A DNA stretch of 64,000 bases from Longimicrobiales bacterium (GCA_965226375.1 CBDDCX010000008.1:2048001-2112000), one strand, 5' to 3'. Shown: positions 1 to 10,663, numbered from the stretch's first letter. Notes: generated by a model from the letters alone, not told the origin. Translations and numbers: made by a program.

Positions 1-528
1 CCAGTGATGGCGGTGCCCGCCACCGACCCTCCTCCGCTCGTGACGGAAAACTGGATGACGAGATTCGGAACGGGACTCCCCAATGCATCGGTCAGCAGAA
101 CCTCTGGCCGCTCCGGCAACGCCTGACCCACGACACCCGTCTGAGCGTCACCAGTCGATTTTTCGAGCGCCGCGGCCTGCTGATCCACCTGAAGCACGAT
201 CGCCCCACTCGCCGCGCCTGCCGTGGCCGTGATGATGGTCGTGCCATGGCCGCGAGCGGTGATAAGCCCGCTACCGCTCACCTCGGCGACCGGAGCATTG
301 CTGGACGACCAGGTCACTGTCTGCCCGGGCATGACGTTTCCGTTCTGGTCACGAACCTCGGCGGAAGCCTGGGTCGTCTCACCCGTGGAGACCAGGATAG
401 CCTTGGGTAGGATGACACTGATGGACGTGGGACTTAGGGGAACAAACTCCCCCACCTCCACCATCACCCTTGCAGCCCGTCAGCAGCAGGAGCAGCCCTA
501 TGGCGACGGCCTGATTGGTACGTGTCAT
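1..528 (-). CDS. Ig-like (Big_2-type) domain lipoprotein, 5' part; runs off the window; one frameshift near 450
   Basis: Manual translation: ATG 528 MTRTNQAVAIGLLLLLTGC (lipobox), then after a shift in the C-run at 449-453 ...VRDQNGNVMPGQTVTWSSSNAPVAEVSGSGLITARGHGTTIITA, a typical Ig-like group 2 motif. Confidence 0.7.
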
Positions 529-625
529 CGTGTGACCTCGGCGCGGTATGTGGCTATGCGTCTAAGCTATCCACAATCGAGCAGGGGCCGAAAGCGTCGT
601 ACTCCTGGATGCCCGCCGAATCGGT

Positions 626-1882
626 TCAGCGGCTCAAGCGCAACCGTACAAAGTCGTCCCAGCTTACCTCATGGACACTACCGTCGTCGGCACGGATGGT
701 GATACCGCGGTTGCCCGGGTTCACGTCATTGCTACCGGACAGTCGAAATGTACGACCGTCCAGGAGCACCACTTCCGCGCTGTAGCCGCGCTTGGCGATG
801 GAAGCGATCTGGCTGAACTCGACGGTGAAGTCGATGCTTTTGTAGTCGCCGTCCAACATCTCCCAGGTGTACTCCTCGTCGTTGTCCCACCGGATTTCAC
901 CGGTGAGTTCATCGCCCGACTCCGTGACCACGGTGCCGCGGATAAGGCGACCGCCGTCGAAGTCCTCGTAGGTGGCCTCCACTGGAGCATCAGAGAAGTG
1001 CACCGCCGAGAAGTCCTTCCACTCGACCTTGACCTGGCCCAATGCAAGGTCGGACACAGAGATCCCTTTGTTCGTCCGGTCGACATCGTTGGTACCGCTG
1101 AGGACCATCTCCTCGCCGCTCTCCAGGACCACACGACCAGAGCGGGAGTTGGCTCGGTGTATGGAGGCGATGTCCCCGAAAGCGATCTCCTGCCGGACTC
1201 CCTCCCCGTCATCACCGTCGAGGATGTCGGTAGTAAAGATCTCATCCACATCCCAGGTCACATAGCCGGTAAACTCGAGCCCGGCCCGGGTGGCCAGGGT
1301 CCCGTAGAGGCGCTCTCCCCGTGGAGTGATCCCGTCGGGAGCAGCCATGAACTCCACGGCCTCCAGGTCACGCCACTTCAGCTCTGCAATGCCCTGCCGC
1401 GGATCATCGACGACGAGTGCACGCATGCCCCGTCCTAAATCCGTCCGGTGACTTCCAAGCTCCTGCTGCTGCCCCGACTTGAGCGTGAACAGAGCCGCGC
1501 GCGAGTTCAGTACGTCGATACGCCGGACATGGCCGAAGCGGATGCCGGAGAGGGCGGAGCGGCGGCCCTTCCGATCGACATCCAGCAGATCCGCCCAACT
1601 CCCCTCGTTCCGGTCCCAGCGGATGTAGCCCTCGAATTCCTGGCCCGACCGCGTGACGACGTTCCCATAGAGACGACTGTCCAGGGCCGGTCCTTCCGAG
1701 CGCTCGACGAGCGGGGCCGGAGCCACCACGGGGACGTCGGCCGGAATCGAAACGGTGTAGCTCCGGTGCTGGTGGGGGGCCGCGTTGGCCCAAAGGGCCA
1801 TGGTGCAGGCTAGGCTCAGGAGCCCTGCACCGGCGATGACCGACAGGTTCTGAGCGTCTTCCTTGCGAGTCGGCTCTCTCAT
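626..1882 (-). CDS. Secreted/membrane-anchored hypothetical protein with three internal repeats
   Basis: Long ORF; N-terminal hydrophobic segment; repeats LYGNVVTRSGQEFEGYIRWDRNE / LYGTLATRAGLEFTGYVTWDVDE / IRGTVVTESGDELTGEIRWDNDE; start at MREPT chosen for upstream GGAG. Confidence 0.75.
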   Translation of the reverse strand: MREPTRKEDAQNLSVIAGAGLLSLACTMALWANAAPHQHRSYTVSIPADVPVVAPAPLVERSEGPALDSRLYGNVVTRSGQEFEGYIRWDRNEGSWADLLDVDRKGRRSALSGIRFGHVRRIDVLNSRAALFTLKSGQQQELGSHRTDLGRGMRALVVDDPRQGIAELKWRDLEAVEFMAAPDGITPRGERLYGTLATRAGLEFTGYVTWDVDEIFTTDILDGDDGEGVRQEIAFGDIASIHRANSRSGRVVLESGEEMVLSGTNDVDRTNKGISVSDLALGQVKVEWKDFSAVHFSDAPVEATYEDFDGGRLIRGTVVTESGDELTGEIRWDNDEEYTWEMLDGDYKSIDFTVEFSQIASIAKRGYSAEVVLLDGRTFRLSGSNDVNPGNRGITIRADDGSVHEVSWDDFVRLRLSR

Positions 1883-1984
1883 CTTCTCCCCCAATTCCAG
1901 GACCACGGAGCTCTGCTGCAGATGACTATCGTACTGGCGGCGTCTCGACGGAGTTCCCCAGCTCCCCACTCCGGCCCGCTCGCA

Positions 1985-2485
1985 TCAGCCCTTCGGTGCG
2001 TCTTCAGGTTCCGGCATGTTCGCCAGGTGCAGGTATCCAATTATTAGGATGGCTGCGAAGAGGTTCACGGCCACCACCATCGCCAACCCGACGGGCTGCA
2101 ACGCGACCACCGAACTCGATACGGCCACCGTGCCATAGAACACCGCTGTGCAGAGGGCGGCCACGACGATGAGCCGGGTTAGGCCCGCCAGGGGCTTCCA
2201 GTCGAAGAGGAACGATGCCAGAGCGCCGACCATTGCGAAGGCCAGAAAGTGCATTAGGGTGAGGGTCGCGATCTGGTAGGCCGTTGAGACCCCGGCAACC
2301 AGACCGGCAAAACTGGTGAAGTCCACCACGAAGCCTGTGGGGCCCAAGACGGCTCCCGACAGAGCGGCCGGCGTCGCCAGCGGCTCGAACCGCATCAGAT
2401 CCAGAACGAAGAAGGACAGGGCTACACCCGCCGCCCCGAGGACCCCGGCTTCCACCCCTCTGACCGCACGGTCGTATGCGCTCAT
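1985..2485 (-). CDS. Small integral membrane protein (~4 TM)
   Basis: 166 aa, hydrophobic helices, AGGAG RBS upstream of ATG. Confidence 0.75.
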   Translation of the reverse strand: MSAYDRAVRGVEAGVLGAAGVALSFFVLDLMRFEPLATPAALSGAVLGPTGFVVDFTSFAGLVAGVSTAYQIATLTLMHFLAFAMVGALASFLFDWKPLAGLTRLIVVAALCTAVFYGTVAVSSSVVALQPVGLAMVVAVNLFAAILIIGYLHLANMPEPEDAPKG

Positions 2486-2578
2486 GGTCTGGCTCCTGGA
2501 GTGTGTCGATCTACCCCTGCCCCACCGACCCGTCCAAGCAACGTGAGCCGTGTACCTCCTCCGAGCAAGAAGCCGGGA

Positions 2579-3793
2579 CTACGCTACCCACCCTCCGGTC
2601 ACCTCGAGCAAACGGTCGATCTCTTCATCCGTGTTGAATAACGCCACACCCGCCCTGAGCTGAGCACCCTCTTCCCTTACGCTCACCAGAATGGACGCCT
2701 CTTCGAGAGTGCGGCGCACCATCGCGGGATCACGTCCGTGCTCGAACGTGACGATGGCGGATCGATTGCCGGAGGGCGTCAGCACGTCATGCCCCTGGGC
2801 CCGCAGTCCTTCGTTCAGGCGGTTGGCGATGGCCACGGTGTGCCGCTCGATGTTGGGGACACCCACCTCGAGGAGATAGTCGAGACCGGCACTGAGCTGG
2901 AAGACGGCTCCGAACGCCATGGTGGCATACCCGTACTTCTTGGCGTCCTCGTGGAGCCGGAAACGATGGTCGCCCAGATTCTCGGCCGACTGGAGCGATC
3001 CGAAACGATCGACGGTAACCATGTCGAGGAGTCCCTCTTTGACATAGAAGGGCGCCACACCGAACCCGCCGAGCAGCCACTTGTAGGTACCGGCGGTAAA
3101 GAAGTCGACTTGTGTGTCCCGGACGTCGAGATCCAGCATCCCCACACCCTGAATGGCATCGGCATACAGGTAGGCACCGTGTGCGTGGGCGATCTCGGCC
3201 AACGCCTTCAGGTCGTGGCGGTAGCCATTCACGTGCGAAACCCATGAAACGGATACGAGCTTGGTGCGTCCGTCCACCTTCTCTGCGAACGCCTCCGCGG
3301 AGGCGGCACCGCCTCGGTTCCGCACGGTCCGGACCTCGATCCCCCTGGTTTCGCGGAGATGCTGGTACAGGATGTAGGTGGTGTCGTAATGGAGGTCGTC
3401 GACGACGACATTGTCACCGGGCTGAAGATCGAGAGCGTTGGTCACGATGTTCTCACCGTCACTGGTCGAGAACAGAACACCGATCTCCGGCTCGGTGGCC
3501 CCAACCAGCTCGGCGTACTTTCGCCGCATGGCATTGGTTGCCTGGAGCATGGCTCCAAGGCTCACCGGATCGCGCGCTTTCCGCTCCGCAAACGCCTGAG
3601 CAGCGTCGACGGCCTGTCGCGGGGACGGCGTGATGTAGGCCGAGTTCAGATAGATCCCGTCCTCGACCACAGGAAAGTCCTTGCGAACATCCAGCGGGTC
3701 TTGCTGTAGGGCCGCAACGGAGCCCGGCTTGAGCCCGGTGACCGCGGCGGCGGCGGAAACGCTACCGATGAACGCTCGACGCGTGAGATCCAC
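2579..3793 (-). CDS. Aminotransferase class V PLP-dependent enzyme with Tat signal
   Basis: TRRAFIG twin-arginine motif; YLNSAYITP, DAIQG, GTYKWL (PLP Lys); GTG start after GGAGG. Confidence 0.85.
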   Translation of the reverse strand: MDLTRRAFIGSVSAAAAVTGLKPGSVAALQQDPLDVRKDFPVVEDGIYLNSAYITPSPRQAVDAAQAFAERKARDPVSLGAMLQATNAMRRKYAELVGATEPEIGVLFSTSDGENIVTNALDLQPGDNVVVDDLHYDTTYILYQHLRETRGIEVRTVRNRGGAASAEAFAEKVDGRTKLVSVSWVSHVNGYRHDLKALAEIAHAHGAYLYADAIQGVGMLDLDVRDTQVDFFTAGTYKWLLGGFGVAPFYVKEGLLDMVTVDRFGSLQSAENLGDHRFRLHEDAKKYGYATMAFGAVFQLSAGLDYLLEVGVPNIERHTVAIANRLNEGLRAQGHDVLTPSGNRSAIVTFEHGRDPAMVRRTLEEASILVSVREEGAQLRAGVALFNTDEEIDRLLEVTGGWVA

Positions 3794-3859
3794 TGTTCTG
3801 CCTCCCGGATGTGGCGAATGGGTCATCTTAGCGCACACGGGCCCGCGGGCAACTCGAGC

Positions 3860-6103
3860 TTACAGGATCCTGAGCTGCTTCGAGTACTTCACGATGAACG
3901 AACGCGACATGGGTCCCGTGAGACTCGTCAGCCCATGCGACTCCTGGGCCTCATTGTATACCACGTACAAGCCCGTGCCCGCTGTATCCAGCCATCCGAA
4001 CCGCGCGTTGACCGACCAGACGTCGGCTTGGTCCGAATACTGGAGAAGGGTCTGGAGAAAGATCCGGGGCGTAAAGAAGTAGCCGACCTTCAGAGCCACT
4101 ACTGTAGTCTCGAAGTCTCCCTGGTCCAGCCGGATGATGTTGTGGTCCAGCCTGAGGTCAGCGGTAATGCTTTCGCCTTGCCGGTAGGTGATGGTCGCGT
4201 CACCGCCGTACCGCATGCCCGAGAAGAACTGGCCCGTACGTATCATGGTCCGTAAGGACAGCCGGTCCGAGGGGTCCGTCCTCAGCTCGAATCCCGGAAT
4301 AAAATCCTTATACGTCCCTACCGGGATGATGATTCCGGGTGAGATCTCGAACGGTTCGGTGAGCCCCTCGCTCTGGAAGTTGAGCTCGGGCCCGAAGAGA
4401 CCGCCCCCCTCGGTGGCGAACTCGGGATCGAAGTGGAAGTAACCTGTCGCCAAGGATCCGTCGAGATTCCAGTGATACCGAGCGTTAATGTGTGGAGAGA
4501 ACTCACGGATCCACGAGACGGAGGGCATCCGAAAGGCCTTTCGGATGTTCGCATCCATATAGCGGTAGCCCACCCGGTTCACGAACCCTACCTCCGGGTT
4601 GAAGTCCTCGCCGACCTGCCGGTACTGCGCGCTCGTGCTGAAATCACGAATCTCGTACAGCAGGTTGACGTTGACGGCCCCGTCGCCGCCATCCAGTCCT
4701 GGCGTTGCGGTCTTCGCGAGCCAAGCGTCCACAGTCCACCGGTCTCCGATGCCGAGCCGACCGTCGACCGCGTATGTGCGGTTGACGTCATTCCCGTCAT
4801 GGGTCGCACGCCGCTGTACGAACATTGCTCCGGCACGCGAGCGGTTGGGCAATTCACGGGTCACCCGGGCCACCGAGAATGAGTTCTGTCGGACCCCGGA
4901 CTCGATATTCTCATCCAGGTCGTCCGTGAAGATCTGAACGAACCCGATACCCAGGCCCCTGACTCTACCACTCAGTCGGCCACCTGCCAGAATCGGGACG
5001 GCGTTCCCTGCGGGGGAGATTCCGATCTTGCGACTGAAGAAAAGGTCCACCGCTCGGGGAGTACCCATGGCGAACGTGCCTGCGTTCTCGAGAAAGAACG
5101 GACGCTTCTCAGGGAAGAACAGGGGAAAGCGCGTCAGGTTCGTCCGTTGTTCGTCCACCTCGACCTGTGCAAAGTCGGTATTGGCCGTGAGGTCCAAGGT
5201 CAGCGACGGAGTCAGCGTGATCTTGGCATCGAGGCCGATATCGCTCGGATACTCCGTCTCGCCGGGGGCGTTCACGTAGTCCTTCTCAGCGGAGCCCAAC
5301 ACATATGGGGTCGCCGTGGCCGCTCTCCGGGCGGGCACCGGCACACTCGCAAGGTCGCCCGCAATAGAGAGCCGCATCAGGTTGTATTGACGCGGAATCG
5401 GGGCCCAGAAGGACTCCTCGTTCCGACGCCTGATACGCCTCACCATGTTCAGTCCCCACGTCTGTACGGACCCGCCGGCGTATCGGAGCGTGGAGAACGG
5501 AATGCGGAACTCGGCGTACCAGCCCTCCGAATTGCGCGAGGTCGCGACTTCCCAGCTCCCGTCCCAGTTGAGATTGAAGCCCCCCGAGGATCCAGTCTGC
5601 TGCCGACGGCCTCCCCCGGGGACACGCCCACCGCCCACACCCTCGTTCACCACCTGCCCGTCGTACTCGATGGCCGCCGGCGTCGTCGAGAAGATGAAAC
5701 CGTTCTGGCGGTCCCGGTACGTGTCGAGGATGATGCCGAAGTGGTCGGCCACCTGAATGTTCGCGTCCCGAAGGCGCTCACCCGTCACGATCTGATCGGG
5801 CGTGCGATCGTATAGCCATGCGCCCACGTAGAGCGCTTCCTCGTCCGCGAGGATGCGCACTTCCGTGCGTTCCGACACCGGTTCGCCCTCCACGGGCTCA
5901 CGCTGGAAGAAGTCCGTGATAGGTGTGCCGAGCCCCCAGGCCTCATCGTCCAACTGTCCGTCGATGACCGGCGGTGCTGTGCTGATTCGGGTCACTGAGG
6001 CCGTCGGGCCACCGTCTTGCTGGGCGTCGAGGGCGATGGGTGTCATATAGGCGGCGAAGGCCGAAAAGAGCATCGTGCAAACGACGCGAAATCGCGAATT
6101 CAT
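3860..6103 (-). CDS. CBM9-like / DUF5916 domain protein
   Basis: Signal peptide; PVIDGQLDDEAW, GWYAEFRIPFSTLRY, NTDFAQVEVD, FFPEKRPFFLEN motifs. Confidence 0.85.
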   Translation of the reverse strand: MNSRFRVVCTMLFSAFAAYMTPIALDAQQDGGPTASVTRISTAPPVIDGQLDDEAWGLGTPITDFFQREPVEGEPVSERTEVRILADEEALYVGAWLYDRTPDQIVTGERLRDANIQVADHFGIILDTYRDRQNGFIFSTTPAAIEYDGQVVNEGVGGGRVPGGGRRQQTGSSGGFNLNWDGSWEVATSRNSEGWYAEFRIPFSTLRYAGGSVQTWGLNMVRRIRRRNEESFWAPIPRQYNLMRLSIAGDLASVPVPARRAATATPYVLGSAEKDYVNAPGETEYPSDIGLDAKITLTPSLTLDLTANTDFAQVEVDEQRTNLTRFPLFFPEKRPFFLENAGTFAMGTPRAVDLFFSRKIGISPAGNAVPILAGGRLSGRVRGLGIGFVQIFTDDLDENIESGVRQNSFSVARVTRELPNRSRAGAMFVQRRATHDGNDVNRTYAVDGRLGIGDRWTVDAWLAKTATPGLDGGDGAVNVNLLYEIRDFSTSAQYRQVGEDFNPEVGFVNRVGYRYMDANIRKAFRMPSVSWIREFSPHINARYHWNLDGSLATGYFHFDPEFATEGGGLFGPELNFQSEGLTEPFEISPGIIIPVGTYKDFIPGFELRTDPSDRLSLRTMIRTGQFFSGMRYGGDATITYRQGESITADLRLDHNIIRLDQGDFETTVVALKVGYFFTPRIFLQTLLQYSDQADVWSVNARFGWLDTAGTGLYVVYNEAQESHGLTSLTGPMSRSFIVKYSKQLRIL

Positions 6104-6560
6104 GTAGGAAGCCGGTTCCGAGGTGATGATGCTGGGAAGAAGATCGATGGGAACAGGAATGTCAAAGGAGCCTATTTTGCCGCGATTACTTCGCGGTGAA
6201 CGCACGCTACGTCACCGGCCATGGAAAGTCGCATGAGGCTGAGTCGATGTCCGGCACTCAGAACGCCGCCTCATGCTTGCGCAGAATCGGGCGTACGAAG
6301 TTCTTGTCCACGTCTGCAAGGACCTGCCGGCATAGCGAAGTGTTGAGAAGGGAAGTCGCTATACGTCTGGCCGGCAACCCGGGCGGGGGGCACGGCGGTG
6401 ACGCAACTAGAAGTGAAGAGCCAGGAATGGCCAGCTCGCCTCAGCACATCCATTGGGGATCCTGCTCCCATAAGTATCGATGTGGGGAGAGGGGCGGCTC
6501 TCCGTAAACTCGCTAGAAGGTATAGCGACGGAGTGTTCTAGAGGAGTACCGGCCTTGAGG

Positions 6561-8534
6561 TCACCAGTCGGCTCGAATCGCCACGAGCGGGTCCACCCGG
6601 GACGCTCGACGGGCGGGCAGGTAGCAGGCCATGAATGCAACCGCTATTAGAAGGAGAGCGACACCTGCGTAGGTGACGGGATCACCCGGCTCCACCTCGA
6701 AGAGGAACGCCTCCAGAAGCCGACTCGCTCCAGCACCGCCCACCAAACCGATCCCGACTCCGATCAGCGTGAGCGCCATCCCGTTTCGGAGGATCATCCA
6801 GCGGACCTGAGACTCCCCGGCCCCGAGGGCAATCCGCACACCGATCTCACGCGTCCGCTGGGACACGAGGTACGCGACGACTCCATAGAGCCCGACCGTC
6901 CCGAGAAGGAGCGCCATGACCGCTGCGATGCCCAACACCGTCATGGTGAACGACATGCGAGCCAGGGAGGCATCGACGATCTCTTGCATGGTCCGGGGAT
7001 CACCGAGTGGCAGCCGGCCGTCCATGGCCCAGACGAGCCGGGTCACCGGACCAGCCAGGGCGCTGGGATCGCCGGCTGTGCGAATCACCAGGGTCATGCT
7101 CCTGGCCAGGTCGGTGAGGGCACCCGGCGAATCGACCATGGGAAGATATGCGAGGCTTTCCGGTGAGTTGCTCAGCGAGCGGTCAGCAACCGCCTCCACC
7201 ACCCCCACCACGGTCAGCCAATCCCCCTGGCCACCGTGCCGGATGCGCCGACCCAGCGGGCTTCGGCCCGCCCAGAAGCGCTCGGCCATGACGGTATTGA
7301 TGACGATCGAGTTCGTCACCGCCTCCGAGTCGTCGCGATCGACGAACCGGCCCTCGACAAGTCGGATACCCATCACGTCGAAATACGCGGAGGTGACGAC
7401 CTTGGCGTTGGTGCGAGTAGGAGGCTCGCCCGGTGCCGGCACATAATCCTCGAGTCGGAACCCATAGCTCTCGATGGCTTCACGGCCCAGCGGTACCCGG
7501 CTCACGGCACTCGCCATCTCGACTCCAGGCAACCCGGCCACCTCCTCGAGAAGCTGGTCGTAGAAGCCCACCACCCTCGCCTCCGTCGGATACTCCCCCT
7601 CCGGAAGGCTCACACGGGCGGTGAAGACCCCCTCGGCGTCGAACCCGGGATCCACCGACCGCAAGCTGGAAAAACTACGTACCATCAGGCCGGCACCCAC
7701 GAGCAGCGTGAGGGCGATGGCCACCTGACCCACGACTAGAGCGCCTCGTAATCGCTGACGCCACGGCGTCCCCGTGAGGCCGCGGGCTCCCTCGCCGAGA
7801 ATCGACACGAGTTCCTCCTGGCGAAGCATGGGAAGGAGACCGAAGAGGAGCGCCGACAGGACTGTCACCACCCCCGTGAAGGCGACGACGTTGAGGTCCA
7901 GCCCAATGTCCTCGAGGCGCGGGAGAGCGTCGGGTGCCAGCGCAGTCAGAGACCCGACCGCGAGCCCCCCCAAGAACAACCCCAGCACTCCGCCGGCCGC
8001 CGCAAGGACACCGCTTTCCGCCAGGAACAAACGCATCTGATCCAGGCGGGACGCGCCAAGGGCCTCGCGAATGGCACGAGCCTGTTGGCCACCCTCGGCC
8101 CTCGCCAGAAAGAGATTGGCCACGTTGGCACAGGCGATGAGAAGGACGAAGCCCACCGTGCCCAGAAGAAGCCACAGAGACTCTTGCACGTCACCGACGA
8201 GAGTTTCGCGGAGAGGCACGATGACTGATGTGAACTGACCGCGCGCCATAAGCGCCGGACTGAAGACGTCAGGCCTGAACTCCGGAAGATTGTCGATCCC
8301 GGCCTGGAAGTCGGCCCTCACTTCTTGGATCTCCCGATCCCTCGGCACTCGGGCGATCCCCGTGCAGACGTGACCGGTGAGCGGACCACCGCGCTCGATC
8401 AGAGCCGGAAGCCAGACGTCTGTGTCCTCGTCGGGATACCCGAACCTGCGGGGCATGACCCCCACGACCTCACGAGACACACCATCCAGAATAATGGTCC
8501 GGCCCACGAGCCCTGGGTCGGACCCGTACCGCCT
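6561..8534 (-). pseudogene. ADOP/MacB-FtsX duplicated ABC permease, 3' part (IS-interrupted)
   Basis: LLIACANVANL, ALGAS, GQVAIALTLLVGAGLM, RTREIGVRIALGA, PARRASRVDP motifs. Confidence 0.9.
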
Positions 8535-8574
8535 CGGAACCTGTCAACGACAATGGGACACTCTACGGGATTAA

Positions 8575-9582
8575 TTAGAGAGCAATGTCCTGTGTGGTGA
8601 GGGAAGGGATGGGAGGATTGATGAAGACGGCCTCCGGGAGCGGTTTGGGCTTCGGCACACCTCTGACGAAGCGTTCGGGATGAGCGGCCCATGCTTCGCG
8701 GAGCACGGATTTCCTGCCGGCAATGACCTGATCGGCGTTCCCGAAGTGGACCTGCTCGGGGGTTAGCATCGAGATGCCGCCATGGCGGTGCTCGGCATTG
8801 TACCAGCGGAAGAACGATCGACAGAACGTCTTGGCTTGGCCCTGATCCCCGAACCGTCCGGGAAACGAGGGATGGTACTTCAAGGTTTTGAACTGAGCCT
8901 CGGAAAACGGGTTGTCATCCGACACCTGAGGCCGGCTCAACGAGCGGGTCACGCCGAGGTCAGCGAGAAGTTGAGCGGTGCATTGGCTCGTCATTGGAGC
9001 TCCCCGATCCGAGTGCAGGGTCAGGACCCGGGGCTGGACGCCATGCTTCAGGCAGCTCTGCTGGATCAACCGGCCGGCCAGGGCCGAGTTCTCCCGGTCC
9101 GCCACCATCCAGCCCACGACGTAGCGGCTGTAGATGTCCATGATGACGTAGAGGTAGTAATAGCTCCACTTCTTCGGCCCGAGCAGCCGCGTGATATCCC
9201 AGGACCACACCTGGTTCGGCGCCGTGGCCATCAACTCGGGCTTCTTGTACTCGGGATGGGTGCGCTGCGCCCGGCGTTCCTGAACCGGCACCTCGGAGGC
9301 CAGAACACGATACATCGTGCGTTCGCTGCACAGGTAGACCTCTTCGTCGAGCAGCGTGGCCACCACCTCGGCGGGTGAGCGGTCCACGAACCGCTCCGAA
9401 CACAGCGTGTCGAAGACCTCGCCTCGTTCCGTCTCGCTCAATGCCCGGGCGGGCGTCGGGCGGGGCTGCTGTTGCCCGGTTGATGGGCCTCGACGACGGT
9501 ACAACGTCGATCGGGAGACCTCGAGGGCCGCGCACGCCGGTTTTACACCGACGTGCTTAGCCAGCTCATCGGCCGCCTTCAA
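8575..9582 (-). CDS. IS3-family transposase OrfB (DDE/rve core)
   Basis: PNQVWSWDIT, MDIYSRYVVGW, LHSDRG, DNPFSEAQFKTLK. Confidence 0.93.
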   Translation of the reverse strand: MKAADELAKHVGVKPACAALEVSRSTLYRRRGPSTGQQQPRPTPARALSETERGEVFDTLCSERFVDRSPAEVVATLLDEEVYLCSERTMYRVLASEVPVQERRAQRTHPEYKKPELMATAPNQVWSWDITRLLGPKKWSYYYLYVIMDIYSRYVVGWMVADRENSALAGRLIQQSCLKHGVQPRVLTLHSDRGAPMTSQCTAQLLADLGVTRSLSRPQVSDDNPFSEAQFKTLKYHPSFPGRFGDQGQAKTFCRSFFRWYNAEHRHGGISMLTPEQVHFGNADQVIAGRKSVLREAWAAHPERFVRGVPKPKPLPEAVFINPPIPSLTTQDIAL

Positions 9583-10028
9583 GAGTTTGTCCCGTCGTCG
9601 AGGCTTATCCCCAGCAGCCCCGCAACTTTTCCCTGCACGTCGATGATCAGGTGTGCCTTCCTGAGCTCATTCCCGAGCCGTGCGTTTCGCCGCTCCAGCT
9701 TGCGTACCTTCTCATCCAGCGGATTTCGCTCCGGCTTGCGGCCGCGTTTCTTCGACAGGGCCTTCAGCGACCCGCTATGCGCCGCCTTGCGCCACGTCGT
9801 CAGGTGCGACGAGTACAGGCCCTCTCGCCGCAGGACTTGACCCACCTCGCCGGGCTCGGTGCACCGGTCCGCTTCTTCGACGATCCGCAGCTTGTACGAC
9901 GGACTGAACCGCCGCCGTAGCGGCCTATCTACTACCTCCGGGTCCGCAGGAGCTGCCGCGCTTCGCTTGGCCTCCCCGGTTCCAGGGGCACTACCATTCT
10001 CTGCCATTCTCTCTCGCAGTCCCAACAT
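9579..10028 (-). CDS. IS3-family transposase OrfA (HTH)
   Basis: RRRFSPSYKLRIVEEA...LRREGLYSSHLTTWRK plus coiled-coil tail; overlaps orfB. Confidence 0.88.
   Translation of the reverse strand: MLGLRERMAENGSAPGTGEAKRSAAAPADPEVVDRPLRRRFSPSYKLRIVEEADRCTEPGEVGQVLRREGLYSSHLTTWRKAAHSGSLKALSKKRGRKPERNPLDEKVRKLERRNARLGNELRKAHLIIDVQGKVAGLLGISLDDGTNS
9627..9633 (-). other. Candidate -1 ribosomal frameshift heptamer G GGA AAA joining OrfA to OrfB
   Basis: X XXY YYZ pattern near the orfA end; the -1 frame is open from here into orfB. Confidence 0.55.
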
Positions 10029-10100
10029 GTTCGTTTTCTCTGCCTTCGCCCTACTCTAATTCTTTGCGTGCTCCGTGTCTCACGTACGTTGGCAGAGAGG

Positions 10101-10581
10101 GCCTGGCCCACAGATCGTAGCTGATCACCACGACCGGAGAGGCGGACGGGGCGTTATCCCCCTCCTGTAGCGTCCGGCCGAACTCGGGGGGCACTTCGAG
10201 CACGGAGAACAGGCTGGCCGTGACCGTGGACGCCGACAGGCGCTCGGGAGGGCCTGAGTCCCCAGACACGTCGACGTCCTGGCTCGTGGTAATGGCAACG
10301 CCCGTGGGCGTCCGTAGAGTTGCCGAGAAGTTCAGGTAGTCGGCCTCAGTGAGGAGTAGCCTGGGAAGGCCGATACCGGTGGCCGAATGATGGAACACGA
10401 CCAACTCCTCCGCGTCGGGAAACGGAAGCGGCTTGATCAGGACACCATTCACCACGGAGAACACGGCCGAATTGGCACCAATGCCCAAAGCCAGCGTGAC
10501 CACAGTCACGGCCGCAAAGCCCGGGCTTCTCCGGACACCCCTCAAGGCCCATCTGATGTCCCGACCAACCCTATCCATCAT
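10101..10581 (-). pseudogene. ADOP permease, 5' part (IS-interrupted)
   Basis: DIRWALRGVRRSPGFAAVTVVTLALGIGANSAVFSVVNGVL is a canonical ADOP N-terminus. Confidence 0.9.
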
Positions 10582-10619
10582 GCTTCCCTCCCATGGGCAC
10601 TCGAAACCAACCTACGTGT

Positions 10620-10643
10620 TGGTACAATGGTACCATTATACCA
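10620..10643. promoter_or_regulatory. 24-bp near-perfect palindrome (candidate operator)
   Basis: TGGTACAATGGTACCATTATACCA, one mismatched pair, overlapping the -10 box. Confidence 0.55.
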
Positions 10644-10663
10644 TTTGGGAAAATGCGGATCAA
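10635..10663 (-). promoter_or_regulatory. Sigma70-type promoter for the ADOP permease
   Basis: Minus strand TTGATC-N17-TATAAT with extended TGn, ~55 bp upstream of the start codon. Confidence 0.65.

Larger units (their letters stand above)
8535..10100 (-). mobile_element. IS3-family insertion sequence (~1.57 kb) flanked by 4-bp direct repeat GCCT
   Basis: orfA/orfB; imperfect IRs TGTCAACGACAATGGGACA (8542-8560) and TGTCTCACGTACGTTGGCA (10076-10094); GCCT at 8531-8534 and 10101-10104; removal restores the host frame. Confidence 0.9.

Noticed and set aside
568..576. DnaA-box-like CTATCCACA
   Set aside because: Single mismatched copy with no origin context
6206..6560. Intergenic region with short ORFs
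   Set aside because: No convincing RBS, motif or RNA structure recognised
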